From assembly GCA_036785375.1 (NCBI GenBank), contig JAWMAR010000032.1, positions 4,712,001 to 4,776,000 of the forward strand: a stretch of DNA of 64,000 nt, given 5' to 3'. This document shows positions 39,186-51,149 of this stretch, in pieces. The stretch's first letter is position 1. Each line of letters starts with the position of its first letter. The stretch is from Leucoraja ocellata (lineage: Eukaryota). Made by a program: the position numbers and the translations under genes. The notes beneath the pieces are model-generated. The model ran no database searches and was not told the origin of the DNA. It saw only the letters and a program-made list of their open reading frames with translations.

Positions 39186-39345
39186 ACTCCGGTGAAGGCA
39201 CTGTGCACACAGCAGCCAGCCAACAGTTGCTTGTCTTTTTCTTTTTGTTTTCACTTTTAATTTCAAGTTTTTGCGTACCTTGTCTGTTGCGACTGTCGGC
39301 AGACCAATTTCCCTCTGCGGATGAATAAAGTTTTATCGTATCGTA
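39186..39345 (+). mobile_element. Short internally deleted member of the GC-head retroposon family
   Basis: Head ACTCCGGTG..GCAGCCAGCCAACAG; tail ATGAATAAAGTTTT+(ATCGT)n. Confidence 0.5.
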
Positions 39346-41117
39346 GCATAAGTTGATGAATAATTGTTGGTTATTATTGGTGCAGTGACTGATGGTTTGC
39401 ACAGACTTGCACAATTGTTCCATATGTCATTGTTGAAGTGGGATGGGAAGCAGATGTATGCGTATACTGAGGTTTTATTCCCCATTGGCAGCTGCTGATT
39501 GTATGCAGTTACAGACATTGAGTATAAGTGAATACATGTCCTGTGATAAGTGAGTTGGAGAGAGCAGAATGGATTCACAAGAAATCATGACAATTCATAA
39601 TGACATAGCTGCCAACAAAGGGTCATAAGTTAAACCTCTGCACCATACATAGTTACCCAATACCCAAGCCGAGCAGGTGTTTAAGAGCAACATGGTTCAT
39701 GGCAAATATTGCATTTCTCGCAAACTGGGAAAGGGGAGGGGATGGAGACAGATGGAAAGCAAGGGCTATTTGAAGTTAGGCTCCTGGCTGGACGAACAAT
39801 TGCATAGAAATTGCTTAAAATAAAAGTCAAACCACCAAAGAAAAGACTTGCAAATTATTTTTAAGAACTGATGCAATCTAGACAAGGCTTTAGGCTACTT
39901 TAATGTTGTTGTTTGAGTCTGAACTGCTCTCATGATTTACTTCACCTTTGAGATGACACTCAGCCCACAGCACCAAGATCATTTAGTTCAACTTTTTTAA
40001 TATCATCCATTTCTGCCCTAACCCTTAAATTGTTCCTTTTGCTACAATCAATTTTTGCTGTGCCAGTTATCCTAGCCGTTCTCCCACCGCTACTCGACAT
40101 AGGTTTGTGCTTACATAAAACTCTATCCTGTTTTAATTGGCTCCAAGTTTCACTATACTTAAACCCCTCACATTATCTAATTCGCAATTAAATGTGTGGA
40201 TGAGGACGCTCACTCTGATGGCAAATCATTTTTCAGATTGCTCCTCTTATTTCAGCTTTCTTCTTTACCACCCTATCCTGCCAGAAACATCCTTTGTTTT
40301 CTGTGGTTCTCCATTTGTGGCCACTAATGATTTCTTTTTAGATCCTACCCAAGTGGTTCACCAGCAGCTTCACCTGCCATGGCTCAAAGCTCTTGAATTT
40401 TCTTCCATTGAAACTCCTCTCCTGCTTGAAAATGCTCCTTAGATTTTACTTTATGACTAACCTATCAGTTTTCTGTTCTTTAATCTCTTTCTCTGCTTAA
40501 CATCAAAAGTGATTGAAGTTTGAATTCTGGAAACCGTCACTGTCAGCCAACATCCATGGATGAATGGAGTAGACCAATATCAGCATTCCTGGAAGGGATG
40601 TGAAATCGACGTAAATAAAATAAAAAAACTGCAGATCTTTTGTGTGGTAATGTTGCTGTTATGTATAATGGGATATTCCATTATATGTACTATGAGCAAT
40701 GACTACTGGTATTTATAAAGTCTGGAATGCAACCCACTTCATCTCTGAAAATTTAGTTTTTGAATATTATAAAATTGATGTATGCACGAGTGGTTAAAGA
40801 TTCATTGATGAAACCTTTAAGCTGTCATAGTTCAGATGCAATATTGATTAGATGACACAGTAAGCTGCTTAAATAGGAGTGACTTTTTTCTGTCCTTCAA
40901 CCTGAATTTGAGAATAAGCTGTCAAGGTAGTGAGGAGTGTTCATTCTCAGGTTCATAGTGCTACCCACTAATTTTGGACAAACACTTAAATAGCGAAAAT
41001 GTCAATTACTTGAATATGAACTTCGATTTCTCTCTCCACATATGCTAACTGACCAGCTACATATTTTCTGTTTGGATTGGGAGAGTTGGCTAATAAATAA
41101 TATTTTTATTTTTCCAG

Positions 41118-41411
41118 TGTGCTCATTACAGGCGCTAATTCACTTCACCAAGGAGCCCTATTCCCAGGATGCTTTGCACGGGCGCAGTGCAATTCTTCGC
41201 TGTGAAGTTCAAATTCCAACAAATATAGTGTTTGAGTGGCTCCTAAATGGCAAGCCTGTAAGGACGTCTGAGACGCGCTTCATTGAAGGCAGCAATCTAC
41301 AGTTCACAGCAGTAGATCGGAGGGAGGATAGTGGTGACTTTCAGTGCATCGCTCGGAATACAGTCACTGGCGAGGAGGCTCAAACGGCAGTGGCATCTTT
41401 CAATATCAAAT
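41118..41411 (+). CDS. ptk7: PTK7 (inactive tyrosine-protein kinase 7) coding exon, Ig domain 1 (exon 2 equivalent)
   Basis: Acceptor tttccag at 41111-41117 and donor gtgagt at 41412; 294 nt, phase 1-1. Translation ..ALIHFTKEPYSQDALHGRSAILRCEV..DSGDFQCIARNTVTGEEAQTAVASFNIK matches human PTK7 AIVFIKQPSSQDALQGRRALLRCEV..DSGTFQCVARDDVTGEEARSANASFNIK as recalled. Confidence 0.95.
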
Positions 41412-41502
41412 GTGAGTACCACTACTTTCTGAATAGAAAAGTCCCATGCCATAATGGGCTCCAAGTTCACCTACAGAGCTGCCAAGGATCAGAACAGCAG
41501 CT

Positions 41503-42328
41503 TCAGATATATAAAACTCTGATCTTGGATGTGTGTGTGTGGATGTTTGTGCATGTATATGGATGTTTGTGTGCGCGTGTGTGTGTATAATCACATCTTC
41601 TTGAAAAAAGCGGCGTGTTAACGATAAAATGTTCACATATTCCGATAGAAATTTATGTCATCAACTCTGAAATCGTCTTATCTGAAAAAGTCATGCATTA
41701 TTTCTCGAGTTATTAATCAAAATATTCACAAATTTGAATCTAAACGAGATGGTCTCGCTGATGTAGTCACAATGGGTCTGCTGCGTGTGGCCTGCGCTGT
41801 GTTTCACGCGCTGCGAGTGACGTCACCCCCCCCCCCCTCCCCCCCCCCCGACTCGCAGTGCTTTGGTCGCCGCTGGCTCTTCTGCGTCCGCCTCGCCCGC
41901 CAAGTTCAAGTCTTCTCTCTCACTCTCTCTGCCCAATCCCCCTCTCTTTGCCCACTCTCTCTCCTCTCTCCCCCCTTTCTCCCCCCCTCTTTCCCCCACG
42001 CTCCCCCCCCTCTATCTCACCTCCCCTCTCTCCCCATCTCTCTCCCTCTCCCCATCTCTCTCTCCCCATCTCTCTCTCTCTCTCTGCCCCTCTCTCTCTG
42101 TCCCTCTCTCTCTCTACCCTCCTCCCTCTCCCTATCTAGACACACCTGCAGGTTGGAGCCTATGCATGAGTAGATAGGGCGGGGATGGGGTAAAAGGAGC
42201 GAATGAATAATATTAATATATCAAGGGGGGTGGTTAGTGTGTGTGTGACGCCACAGGATGCCCCCCCTCCCCCCCCAACGCAACCGTGCGTTGTGGGCAC
42301 GGGACCCAATGGGTCCCACTTGGTCTAG
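41503..42328 (+). mobile_element. Non-autonomous Helitron in PTK7 intron 2
   Basis: 5' TATATAAAACTCTGATCTTG resembles the 17349 head (exact start uncertain); 3' hairpin GGGACCC-AAT-GGGTCCC then ACTTGGTCTAG|T; internal (GT)n and (CT)n tracts. Confidence 0.8.
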
Positions 42329-43059
42329 TATAACACTAAAACACTCTCTTCGTCTTCTTTGTTGGCTGTCTGTGTCAATCTGGTTAGTTTTCCTATTTTG
42401 CTACGTCACAGCCTTCCCATTTTCACACATCCTAATCACATTTTTCCCTCGACGCGATAAACATCTTCCCGACGCATTCCAACTCATATTTCCGAAGTTT
42501 TAATCGTGTAAAGTTTTAAAAACAGACCAAACTCACCCATTTTCCAACCGAATGACGTCACAATGCACTCTCCAGCGCTCCAACGTCACTTTCCAGATTT
42601 TCTAAAAACTCTGGGTGGGAGCGGCACTCCAGCGCTCCAACGACAGTTCGCAAAGCAGGACAGGCCACTCCTGCTGAGTGACGTCACAATGGACTCGCAA
42701 GGCAGGGCGGGACACTCCGGGAGGGAGGGGTACTCCAGCGCCGGCGCCCAAGGACCTGACGACCGAGACCCAACGCCCAGTGGGGAAGGTGGTGTTGCAG
42801 CTGGAGTGAGGGCCGAGCCCGGGGCTTGGGATGGGGCAGTGACTGGGGCCGGAAAAAAAGCCGCCGCTAGAATCAATGAAAGCCTTGGTCTGGGGTCAGG
42901 GATGAGCCCGGAGATGAAGTCGGGGCCTCCACTGGAGCCCAGGCGGGGGCTGAGCTGACGGCTGGAGTCTACAGCCAGGGCCGGGCCATATATGAGAAAC
43001 AGGCCGAGTTCCAGGCCCTGGCGCTGCTCTACGACCTGGGTAGGTCCTGGGGCAGGGAA

Positions 43060-43510
43060 TGGGAGTGAGGGGAGGAGGATGAGGGAAATGAGGAGGAGTG
43101 AGATGGGGCGGGGAGTGAGGTGGTAGAGGGAGATGGGAGGGGGGGGGTGTGGAGGAGGGAGATGGGAAGTGGTGGAGGAGGGAGGAGGATGCCAACTCCC
43201 TATCTACCCTCACTCCCACCCTCTCTACCCTCCTCCCTCTCTGCCCCTCTTCCTCTCTACCTCCTTTCCCCTCTTTCTCCCTCTCTACCTCCTCCTCTCC
43301 CTCTCTACCCCCCTCCTCTCCCTCTCTACCTTCCTTCTTCCCTCTCTCTCTCTACCCCTCCCTCTCTACTCCCCCTCCCTCTTTACCGCCCTCCATCTCA
43401 ACCCCCCTCCCTCTCCACCCCCTCCCTCTCCACCCCCTCCCTCTCTACACCCTCTCCCCCTCTACCCCCCCTCCCTCTCTACCACCCTTCCCTCTCAACC
43501 CTCCCTCTCC
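43060..43510. repeat. Polypurine tract followed by a polypyrimidine low-complexity tract
   Basis: G/A-rich from 43060 to 43190, then CCCTCTCTA-type repeats from 43195 to 43510. Confidence 0.85.
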
Positions 43511-43559
43511 AGGGATTGAAGAGGAGGAGGGAGTGCCTATTTCAGTGCTGTACAATTCT

Positions 43560-46330
43560 TATTCTATGATCTGGTTGTCACTGCCAAGACTAGGAGGTAT
43601 CAATTCGGTATATCCTCAAGCTCTTTGGTCCCAGGTAAAACAAACCCAGACATATCTGTTCTTTCCCCATATGTGAAACGCTTCATCCTATGCATAGTTT
43701 TGGTGAATTACCTCTGCACCTTCTCCAGTGCAATCACAGCTGCCTTGTAGTCTAGCGATCAGAACTGCACACAGTACTCGAGCCATACATTTGTTTATAT
43801 CGGTGTACCATTACCTCCCTGTTTTTGTATTCTTGCTGGCTAATGTTTTTTTAATTACCTCTGCTTCATGTATCCTTGGACTTGCACACTTCTGTTCCCA
43901 AACATTCCCTCTGGTTATACCATTCATTGTGTATGTCCTAACCTTGCTCATCCTTCCAAAGTGTATCACATCACACTTAACTGAAATAAAGTCTGTCTGG
44001 CATTGCTCAGCTTGACTTATCAATTCATCATTATGATCCTGTTGACACACTGTATCCCTCCGTGATAACAACACCACCAATGTTTGTCATTTGTGAAAAG
44101 AAAGAGATTAGTTAAAACAAATGTAGGTCCCTTGCAGTCAGAAACAGGTGAGTTGATCATGGGGAACAAGGATATGGCGGACCAATTGAATAACTACTTT
44201 GGTTCCGTCTTCACTAAGGAAGACATAAATAATTTGCCAGAAATAGCAGGGGACCGCGGGTCAAAGGAGTTGGAGGAATTGAGTGAAATCCAGGTTACCC
44301 GGGAAGTAGTGTTGGGTAAATTGAATGGATTAAAGGCCGATAAATCCCCAGGGCCAGATAGGCTGCATCCCAGAGGACTTAAGGAAGTAGCTCCAGAAAT
44401 AGTGGATGCATTAGTAATAATCTTTCAAAACTCTTTAGATTCTGGAGTAGTTCCTGAGGATTGGCGGGTAGCAAACGTAACCCCACTTTTTAAGAAGGGA
44501 GGGAGAGAGAAAACGGGGAATTACAGACCAGTTAGTCTAACATCGGTAGTGGGGAAACTGCTAGAGTCAGTTATTAAAGATGGGATAGCAGCACATTTGG
44601 AAAGTGGTGAAATCATTGGACAAAGTCAGCATGGATTTACGAAAGGTAAATCATGTCTGACGAATCTTATAGAATTTTTCGAGGATGTAACTAGTAGCGT
44701 GGATAGGGGAGAACCAGTGGATGTGGTGTATCTGGACTTCCAGAAGGCTTTTGACAAGGTCCCACATAAGAGATTAGTATACAAACTTAAAGCACACGGC
44801 ATTGGGGGTTCAGTGTTGATGTGGATAGAGAACTGGCTGGCAAACAGGAAGCAAAGAGTAGGAGTAAACGGGTCCTTTTCACAATGGCAGGCAGTGACTA
44901 GTGGGGTACCGCAAGGCTCAGTGCTGGGACCCCAGCTATTTACAATATATATTAATGATCTGGATGAGGGAATTGTAGGCAATATCTCCAAGTTTGCGGA
45001 TGACACTAAGCTGGGGGGCAGTGTTAGCTGTGAGGAGGATGCTAGGAGACTGCAAGGTGACTTGGATAGGCTGGGTGAGTGGGCAAATGTTTGGCAGATG
45101 CAGTATAATGTGGATAAATGTGAGGTTATCCATTTTGGTGGCAAAAACGGGAAAGCAGACTATTATCTAACTGGTGGCCAATTGGGAAAGGGGGAGATGG
45201 AGCGAGACCTGGGTGTCATGGTACACCAGTCATTGAAGGTAGGCATGCAGGTGCAGCAGGCAGTAAAGAAAGCGGATGGTATGTTAGCTTTCATTGCAAA
45301 AGGATTTGAGTATAGGAGCAGGGAGGTTCTACTGCAGTTGTACAGGGTTTTGGTGAGACCACACCTGGAGTATTGCGTACAGTTTTGGTCTCCAAATCTA
45401 AGGAAGGACATTATTGCCATAGAGGGAGTGCAGAGAAGGTTCACCAGTCTGATTCCTGGGACGTCAGGACTGTCTTATGAAGAAAGACTGGATAGACTTG
45501 GTTTATACTCTCTAGAATTTAGGAGATTGAGAGGGGATCTTATAGAAACTTACAAAATTCTTAAGGGGTTGGACAGGCTAGATGCAGGAAGATTGTTCCC
45601 GATGTTGGGGAAGTCCAGGACAAGGGGTCACAGCTTAAGGATAAGGGGGAAATCCTTTAAAACCGAGATGAGAAGAACTTTTTTCACACAGAGAGTGGTG
45701 AATCTCTGGAACTCTCTGCCACAGAGGGTAGTTGAGGCCAGTTCATTGGCTATATTTAAGAATGAGTTAGATGTGGCCCTTGTGGCTAAGGGGATCAGGG
45801 GGTATGGAGAGAAGGCAGGTACGGGATACTGAGTTGGATGATCAGCCATGATCATATTGAATGGCGGTGCAGGCTCGAAGGGCCGAATGGCCTACTCCTG
45901 CACCTAATTTCTATGTTTCTATGTTTCTATTTAGAAGTTGATCATAACTTCTACACTGACATCTAAATATTTTCTGTACACAACTAACAATAATGATCCC
46001 AGCATTGATCCCTGTGGTAGACTTCTAGTTACAGGTTTCCAATCACAAAAGCAACCCTTCACCTCATCAGCCTCACCCTTTTATTACCAAAACAATTTTG
46101 CCAACCTGCTACAGTTCACATGGCTTCCAATCCTTTCCATGAGAGACCTTGTCAGAGGCCTTATTGAAGTCTGTGCAGGCCACATCAATCACACTGGCAT
46201 CAATATGTTTTGGCCAGATAGGATCTCCACATAACAAAAACGAGGCTTTGATCTATTATTTTCCAAGTGTAAATTAACCTGATTTGCCAGAAGATTTCCC
46301 AATAACTTCGCTGCCCATGACATCACACTC
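43560..46330 (-). mobile_element. Old CR1 remnant split by the young CR1 (pieces 43560-44090 and 45931-46330)
   Basis: Minus-strand residues AEQCQTDFISVKCDVIHFGRMSKVRTYTMNG on the left piece; VTRSLPQGSMLG on the right piece. Confidence 0.65.
44091..45930 (+). mobile_element. Young 5'-truncated CR1 LINE with an uninterrupted RT reading frame (~580 codons, no endonuclease domain)
   Basis: Motifs KSPGPD, NYRPVSLTS, YLDFQKAFDKVPH, SGVPQGSVLGP and SKFADDTKL; stop at 45830-45832; 3' UTR hairpin and (TTTCTATG)n tail. Confidence 0.97.
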
Positions 46331-47019
46331 ACTGGCATCTAATTACCTGGCTGATTCCTGCTGCCATTCTTGAATATCTCCTCATTTTGTGCGGGGTTGG
46401 AATGCTGTCGGGGTGGAGGCACTTCGCCATTTTGCGCCAGCTTCCAGCATCTACAGTCTGTTTCTTTATATGGCATTTCTGGATGAATATGGTTGTGAAT
46501 ACTCCAGCCTTTTCTCCGGCAGCCTTGCATTGCTAAGGATGTGCATGCACATGGAGTCTCTTTCTCCCTTGAGCAGTTTAATTGTCCACCGTCATCCTCA
46601 ACTAGATGTATTAGGATTGAAGGTTCAAACTGATCAGCTGGTTGTCAGATTATTTAGTTCAGCCTATTGCAAGCTTTTGTTGCTGTTGATGATGCATGCA
46701 AGTCCGGTACTGTGGTCAACTAGGCTGACACTTTATCATTTCTTGGTCTGCCTTTTGCTGTTTCAGCATGCTCTTCTGCACTCATTGAACCAGTGTTGAT
46801 CTGCTGACTTGATAATGAATGAGTGAAGGCCATGAGGTGAAAGGATTGTGATGGTATAGATTTGTCGATGGGTCACAGCACCTCCTGCATGCCCAGATAT
46901 CAAAATATTGTGAATCTTATCCTACAATTTGTAGTGTTAGGTGGGGAAGGCGTGGGGGCTTTGCTTTTAAGTGGTCACTGCTATGTTCTCTAAAACAAAT
47001 GTTATCTTGTTTATTACAG

Positions 47020-47122
47020 GGATAGAGACTGGAGGAGTGGTTTTGAAAGATCCACACAGTGTGTCTGAAATACAAACTTCAGCTCCGATCTCGCTGCAGT
47101 GTCACATTAATGGACACCCCCG
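47020..47122 (+). CDS. ptk7: PTK7 coding exon (exon 3 equivalent), start of Ig domain 2
   Basis: Acceptor ttattacag and donor gtatgc; 103 nt. T|GG completes Trp. Translation WIETGGVVLKDPHSVSEIQTSAPISLQCHINGHPR versus human WIEAGPVVLKHPASEAEIQPQTQVTLRCHIDGHPR. Confidence 0.95.
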
Positions 47123-47747
47123 GTATGCTGCTCGTTGCTTTACTGAATTACTCCAGCATTTGTAAAAATTAGATGGTTTCAACAGTTTATTTGTGATGCA
47201 AGGCTGTATTTAGTGAGGGACAGCCTTATAAAGTCAGTTAGCCATAGTGAAGAGTCACTTTTAGATAAAAAAAGAATGTACTGAGTTATTTTATTTTAAC
47301 AATCAAAACATTTCCCAAGTGAATAACCTCTGCATTTAACCACCATATAAACACTGGTTGATGGTATTATCTCTTTTGAGATCCATGATGATCTCGGCTT
47401 GCATGTCACATAATGCTTGTCATGTAGCTGCTGAAGATTTTTTCAGTTTCATCTTATTATTAATTCATGACAGCAATATTGTACCATAAGTTAAATGCCA
47501 CTCATTTGCAGCGCCTTTGGCCTAATGGTATGAGTAAGATTTATTTTGATTGTATTGACCAACTTTAGTTTTGTCAATTCTGTGGGTGCAATTGTTGGTA
47601 TGAAACTAGAACATTTGCTTTGAGAATAATCAAAATTGCAAAATGACAATTTTTTTTGTATGTTTAACTATAACTTGAGACTTTTTACAGTCTAAAAACT
47701 CATCTAGCTCGATCTGAAGTCAAAGGGTTTATGCAAACTAGTGCCTA

Positions 47748-48036
47748 GGGCGGCACAATGGCGTAGCGATACAGTTGCTGCCTTACAGCACCAGAGACCC
47801 AGGTTCAATCCTGACTACGGTTGCGGTCTGTATGGAGGTTGTACGTTCTCCCTGTGATCGCATGAATTTGGTTTCCTCCCACACTCCCAAGATGTACTAG
47901 TTTGTAGGTTAATTGGCTTTGGTAAAATTGTAAATTGTCTCTAGTATCTAGGATAATGCTAGTATATGGAGTTAGTTGACGTCAGTGGGCCGAAGGGCCT
48001 GTTTCTGCGCTGTAACTCTAAAGTTTAAAGTAAAGT
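47748..48036 (+). mobile_element. tRNA-derived V-SINE (HE1-like)
   Basis: GGGCGGCACAATGGCGTAGCG, B box GGTTCAATCC, V-domain GGTTTCCTCCCACACTCC, tail GGGCCGAAGGGCCTGTTTC. Confidence 0.82.
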
Positions 48037-48434
48037 TAACATTCTACCCTCTACATCAATGAAATACGAGATAACCTTCCAGTATGTCCATTGCAAATCA
48101 CAAATGGTTCCACAAGTTTAAAGTGCAGCAAATATTCAAATCCTTTCAGGATTGATTTGAATGTAATTTCTTTAAAAAAATTATCAGGACTTTCTTTTGT
48201 TGGTGAATACTTGCAGTTTATGCTCACTTGGCTCGCCTAAGTGGATTGGGCTAATAGCCAAACAGGATACCAGTACCTAAATCCTCCTTCCTTGTCAGCA
48301 AACATCCCACAAAGCAGGAACAGATTGAAATTTGAGATTGGATACAATGAACTGGATACTTGGAAGTCAAAGGCATACTGAAGTATGTGATACTCTACCA
48401 GCTCTGGCATGGAAACATCATATAATCCAGAGCT

Positions 48435-48702
48435 AGACACAAAAAGCTGGAGTAACTCAGCGGGACAGGCAGCATCTCTGGAGAGAGGGGATGGGTGATG
48501 TTTCAGGTCGAGACCCTTCTTCATTCTGAAGAAGGGTCTCGACCTGAAACATCACCCATTCCTTCTCTTCAGACTGAAGAAAGGTCTCGACCCAAAATGT
48601 CACCCATTCCTTCTCTCCAGAGATGCTGTCTGTCCCGCTGAGGCCCTCCAGATTTTTGTGTCTATCTTCAGTTTAAACCAACATCTGCAGTTCCTTCTCA
48701 CA
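48435..48702. mobile_element. Fold-back mini-PLE with three hammerhead-like cores
   Basis: 16-bp TSD CATATAATCCAGAGCT at 48419-48434 and 48703-48718; inverted arms; cores at ~48497-48523 (-), 48526-48553 (+) and 48574-48601 (+). Confidence 0.85.
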
Positions 48703-48760
48703 CATATAATCCAGAGCTTTGGACTAATGATCTGGAGAGAACAAGTTGAATCTCTTCTTG

Positions 48761-48936
48761 TGTAGGAAGGAACTGCAGATGCTGGTTTAAACCGAAGATA
48801 GACATAAAAAGCTGGAGTAACTCAGCGGGACAGGCAGCATCTCTGGAGAGAAGGAATGTGACATTTCGAACCCAAAACATCACCCATTCCTTCTCTCCAG
48901 AGATGCTGCCTGTCTCGTTGAGTTACTCCAGCTTTC
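48761..48936. mobile_element. Second fold-back mini-PLE
   Basis: 14-bp TSD TGAATCTCTTCTTG at 48747-48760 and 48937-48950; arms AGCTGGAGTAACTCAGCGGGACAGGCAGCATCTCTGGAGAGAAGGAATG and its reverse complement. Confidence 0.85.
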
Positions 48937-51149
48937 TGAATCTCTTCTTGACAGCTGAGGAACTTAAATGCAGCCAATTACGTCATAAGTGAATAAAATC
49001 TGATTTTTGTATAACAACTACCAGTTTGTTATACAAATAACCACCGGATCACATGATTTTAGAGCGAAAAAGCAACCATTGTTAGCCATTCTAGCAAACG
49101 TTCAAATCCAGGCCACCATCACTAATTCCAACTCAAAATCTCAAATTACTTCATAAAATAAGACGTACGGACCGGACCCCTTGCACCAGCTGTGGCATCA
49201 GATTAGAACACAACAAAAGCATTCTCAGCACAATTGATCTTGAAATGTCTATTAAGTTAAATTATATTTTTGGTTTCTGACAAGTTTTATGTCCAATGTA
49301 TATTTGTGAATGTACATTGTAGTCCAGCTGCACATTTACCATGTAGCAATCTTCATTTTCCTAGCCGGGCAGTTAGTGTCAATATTTCAATTACATTTAA
49401 GCTGAGGAAACTTGTTATACAGTTATATATTTGTAACCTGGAGCTGAGAAGAATTATGACGAACCTCCCTATTCAATTGAACAGCATTAATTGTAACTCT
49501 TTGATCATGCTTTAATATAGCAACAATTCCAAGTTGCCACACTGACATAACTCCATCGGAAATAGTAGAGATAGTTTAAAGTAGCTGGAGTAGAACCTGA
49601 GATAAAACAGGAATTGCAAAGGTGACTTTGTTCTAAAAGAGTTAGCGGTGAAACAGAAGGAAAAAATGCGAAAAAGTGGTTCCTTGAGTCTGCCCTATTA
49701 TTTAACAATAACATGATCTGATTTGTCGTCTCAACTCTGCATTCCAGTCTACCATGGTAAACCTATTCACCCACTTGCATACCAAGAATTTATTTAACTA
49801 TACCTTAGACAGCCATGTTTTATATAATCTACATACTTTCATCTTTCTTTGATGTTTGAATAAAAATGAATACATGCCATTTAAAAAAAAAACTAAGCAC
49901 CAGAAATTAGTCTTGTAGTACCCGACTGGTAAACAGGCTAGGAGTCATAAAATTACCCCTCAACGGTATTCTTCTTTTCAGGGCCAACTTTGGATTTAAT
50001 CTGCCATGCTCCTGGGTTCTTGGCCGTTCACTTGCATGACGAACCTGCCCTGTGGGATTTGTCAAAAGCTTTGATTAAAATCCCCTGTACACTACATCAG
50101 ACTCACCCCACTAGGTAGAAAGAATATTATATTTGTGGTTTGTGCACAAGCACACTGACTGTATCAGTTGTCAATGGTGCAACTTGAGCAGAGAATAGAA
50201 TTGAAGGAAGCACAGGATGGAACCATGGGTCATTCTCGCAGGCAGGACTGCAGGAGAGACCATTGAAGACAAGTATAGAACACAATATGATAGGAAAAAA
50301 GACACAATGAAGAACAAACTAGTTAACCGAGCTGAGCATGTTGAGAAATCGAGACATTGGGTATTATGCACTTTGCCCTTTGATCAAAGTTGGCAATATC
50401 TTCCGTAATGAGTAAAATGGGTAGAGGAAATGGTTGGAGAAGGCCAACAGGTTGAACCTAAATATTGTGATGGGATTATTTCTCACAGGTAGGTAAAGTT
50501 TTGCGCCTTCAGTTGGATTGGATCAGTAAAACTATTCTCAGAATATTAAGTTTCACGCCATAAAATTAGATTTAAAAAATTAACTACAGAAAAGTAAAAT
50601 AGACTCTGTTGATTATAGAGTAAAAGGAGTACAAGTTCAAACTGGTAAGCCAAATCTAGGAGTATAGCCAAAGTTCCTTGCAGAGTGATTAACATATAGA
50701 ATCTGCCTCCATGTAAAGTAACACCCAGCCATTGTTGGGGAAGAAAAAACAGTTTGTTGCTTTGTTGAGTAACTCGGGTGCGAGTGAGGCATCAAAATAA
50801 TGACAGGTTTTGGTGCAGTAAATAGAAAGAGGTTATTGGCCGAGGAACAGCTTCTCAGTCGTCAAGTACAAAAACAGGCACCGGCCCACTAGGTCCATGT
50901 CAACTCAAGTAATTAACAGTATTCAACCTGTTTGCCAACACTTTATTTTTGCCTTCCATCACAGTGAGGAATGTGGAGGAGTCACCGTGGTGGATGATTA
51001 TGTTAAAATGTATTTTATGTGTTCCATTGCTTTTTATTTGTATGACTGAGTTGGCAAATTAAATTCCTCGTATGTTGCAAAACATACTTGGCTAATAAAG
51101 TATCATTGTGGTTATGGGGATTGTGATAATCTGTGAACATGTATGCCTT

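Noticed and set aside
1-41117. PTK7 exon 1 or promoter CpG island
   Set aside because: The CpG-rich patches are mostly explained by transposons, and no signal-peptide exon with a phase-1 donor was seen.
41125-41132. Alternative acceptor attacag for exon 2
   Set aside because: It would be phase 0, whereas PTK7 intron 1 is phase 1 as recalled; 41118 has the better pyrimidine tract.
41042-41590. 182-aa single-exon Ig protein
   Set aside because: Only 41118-41411 matches PTK7 and it has splice sites; the flanks are intronic read-through.
44084-45832. Functional host gene or autonomous retroelement
   Set aside because: 5'-truncated CR1 with no endonuclease domain or ORF1; the TTG start lies in flanking DNA.
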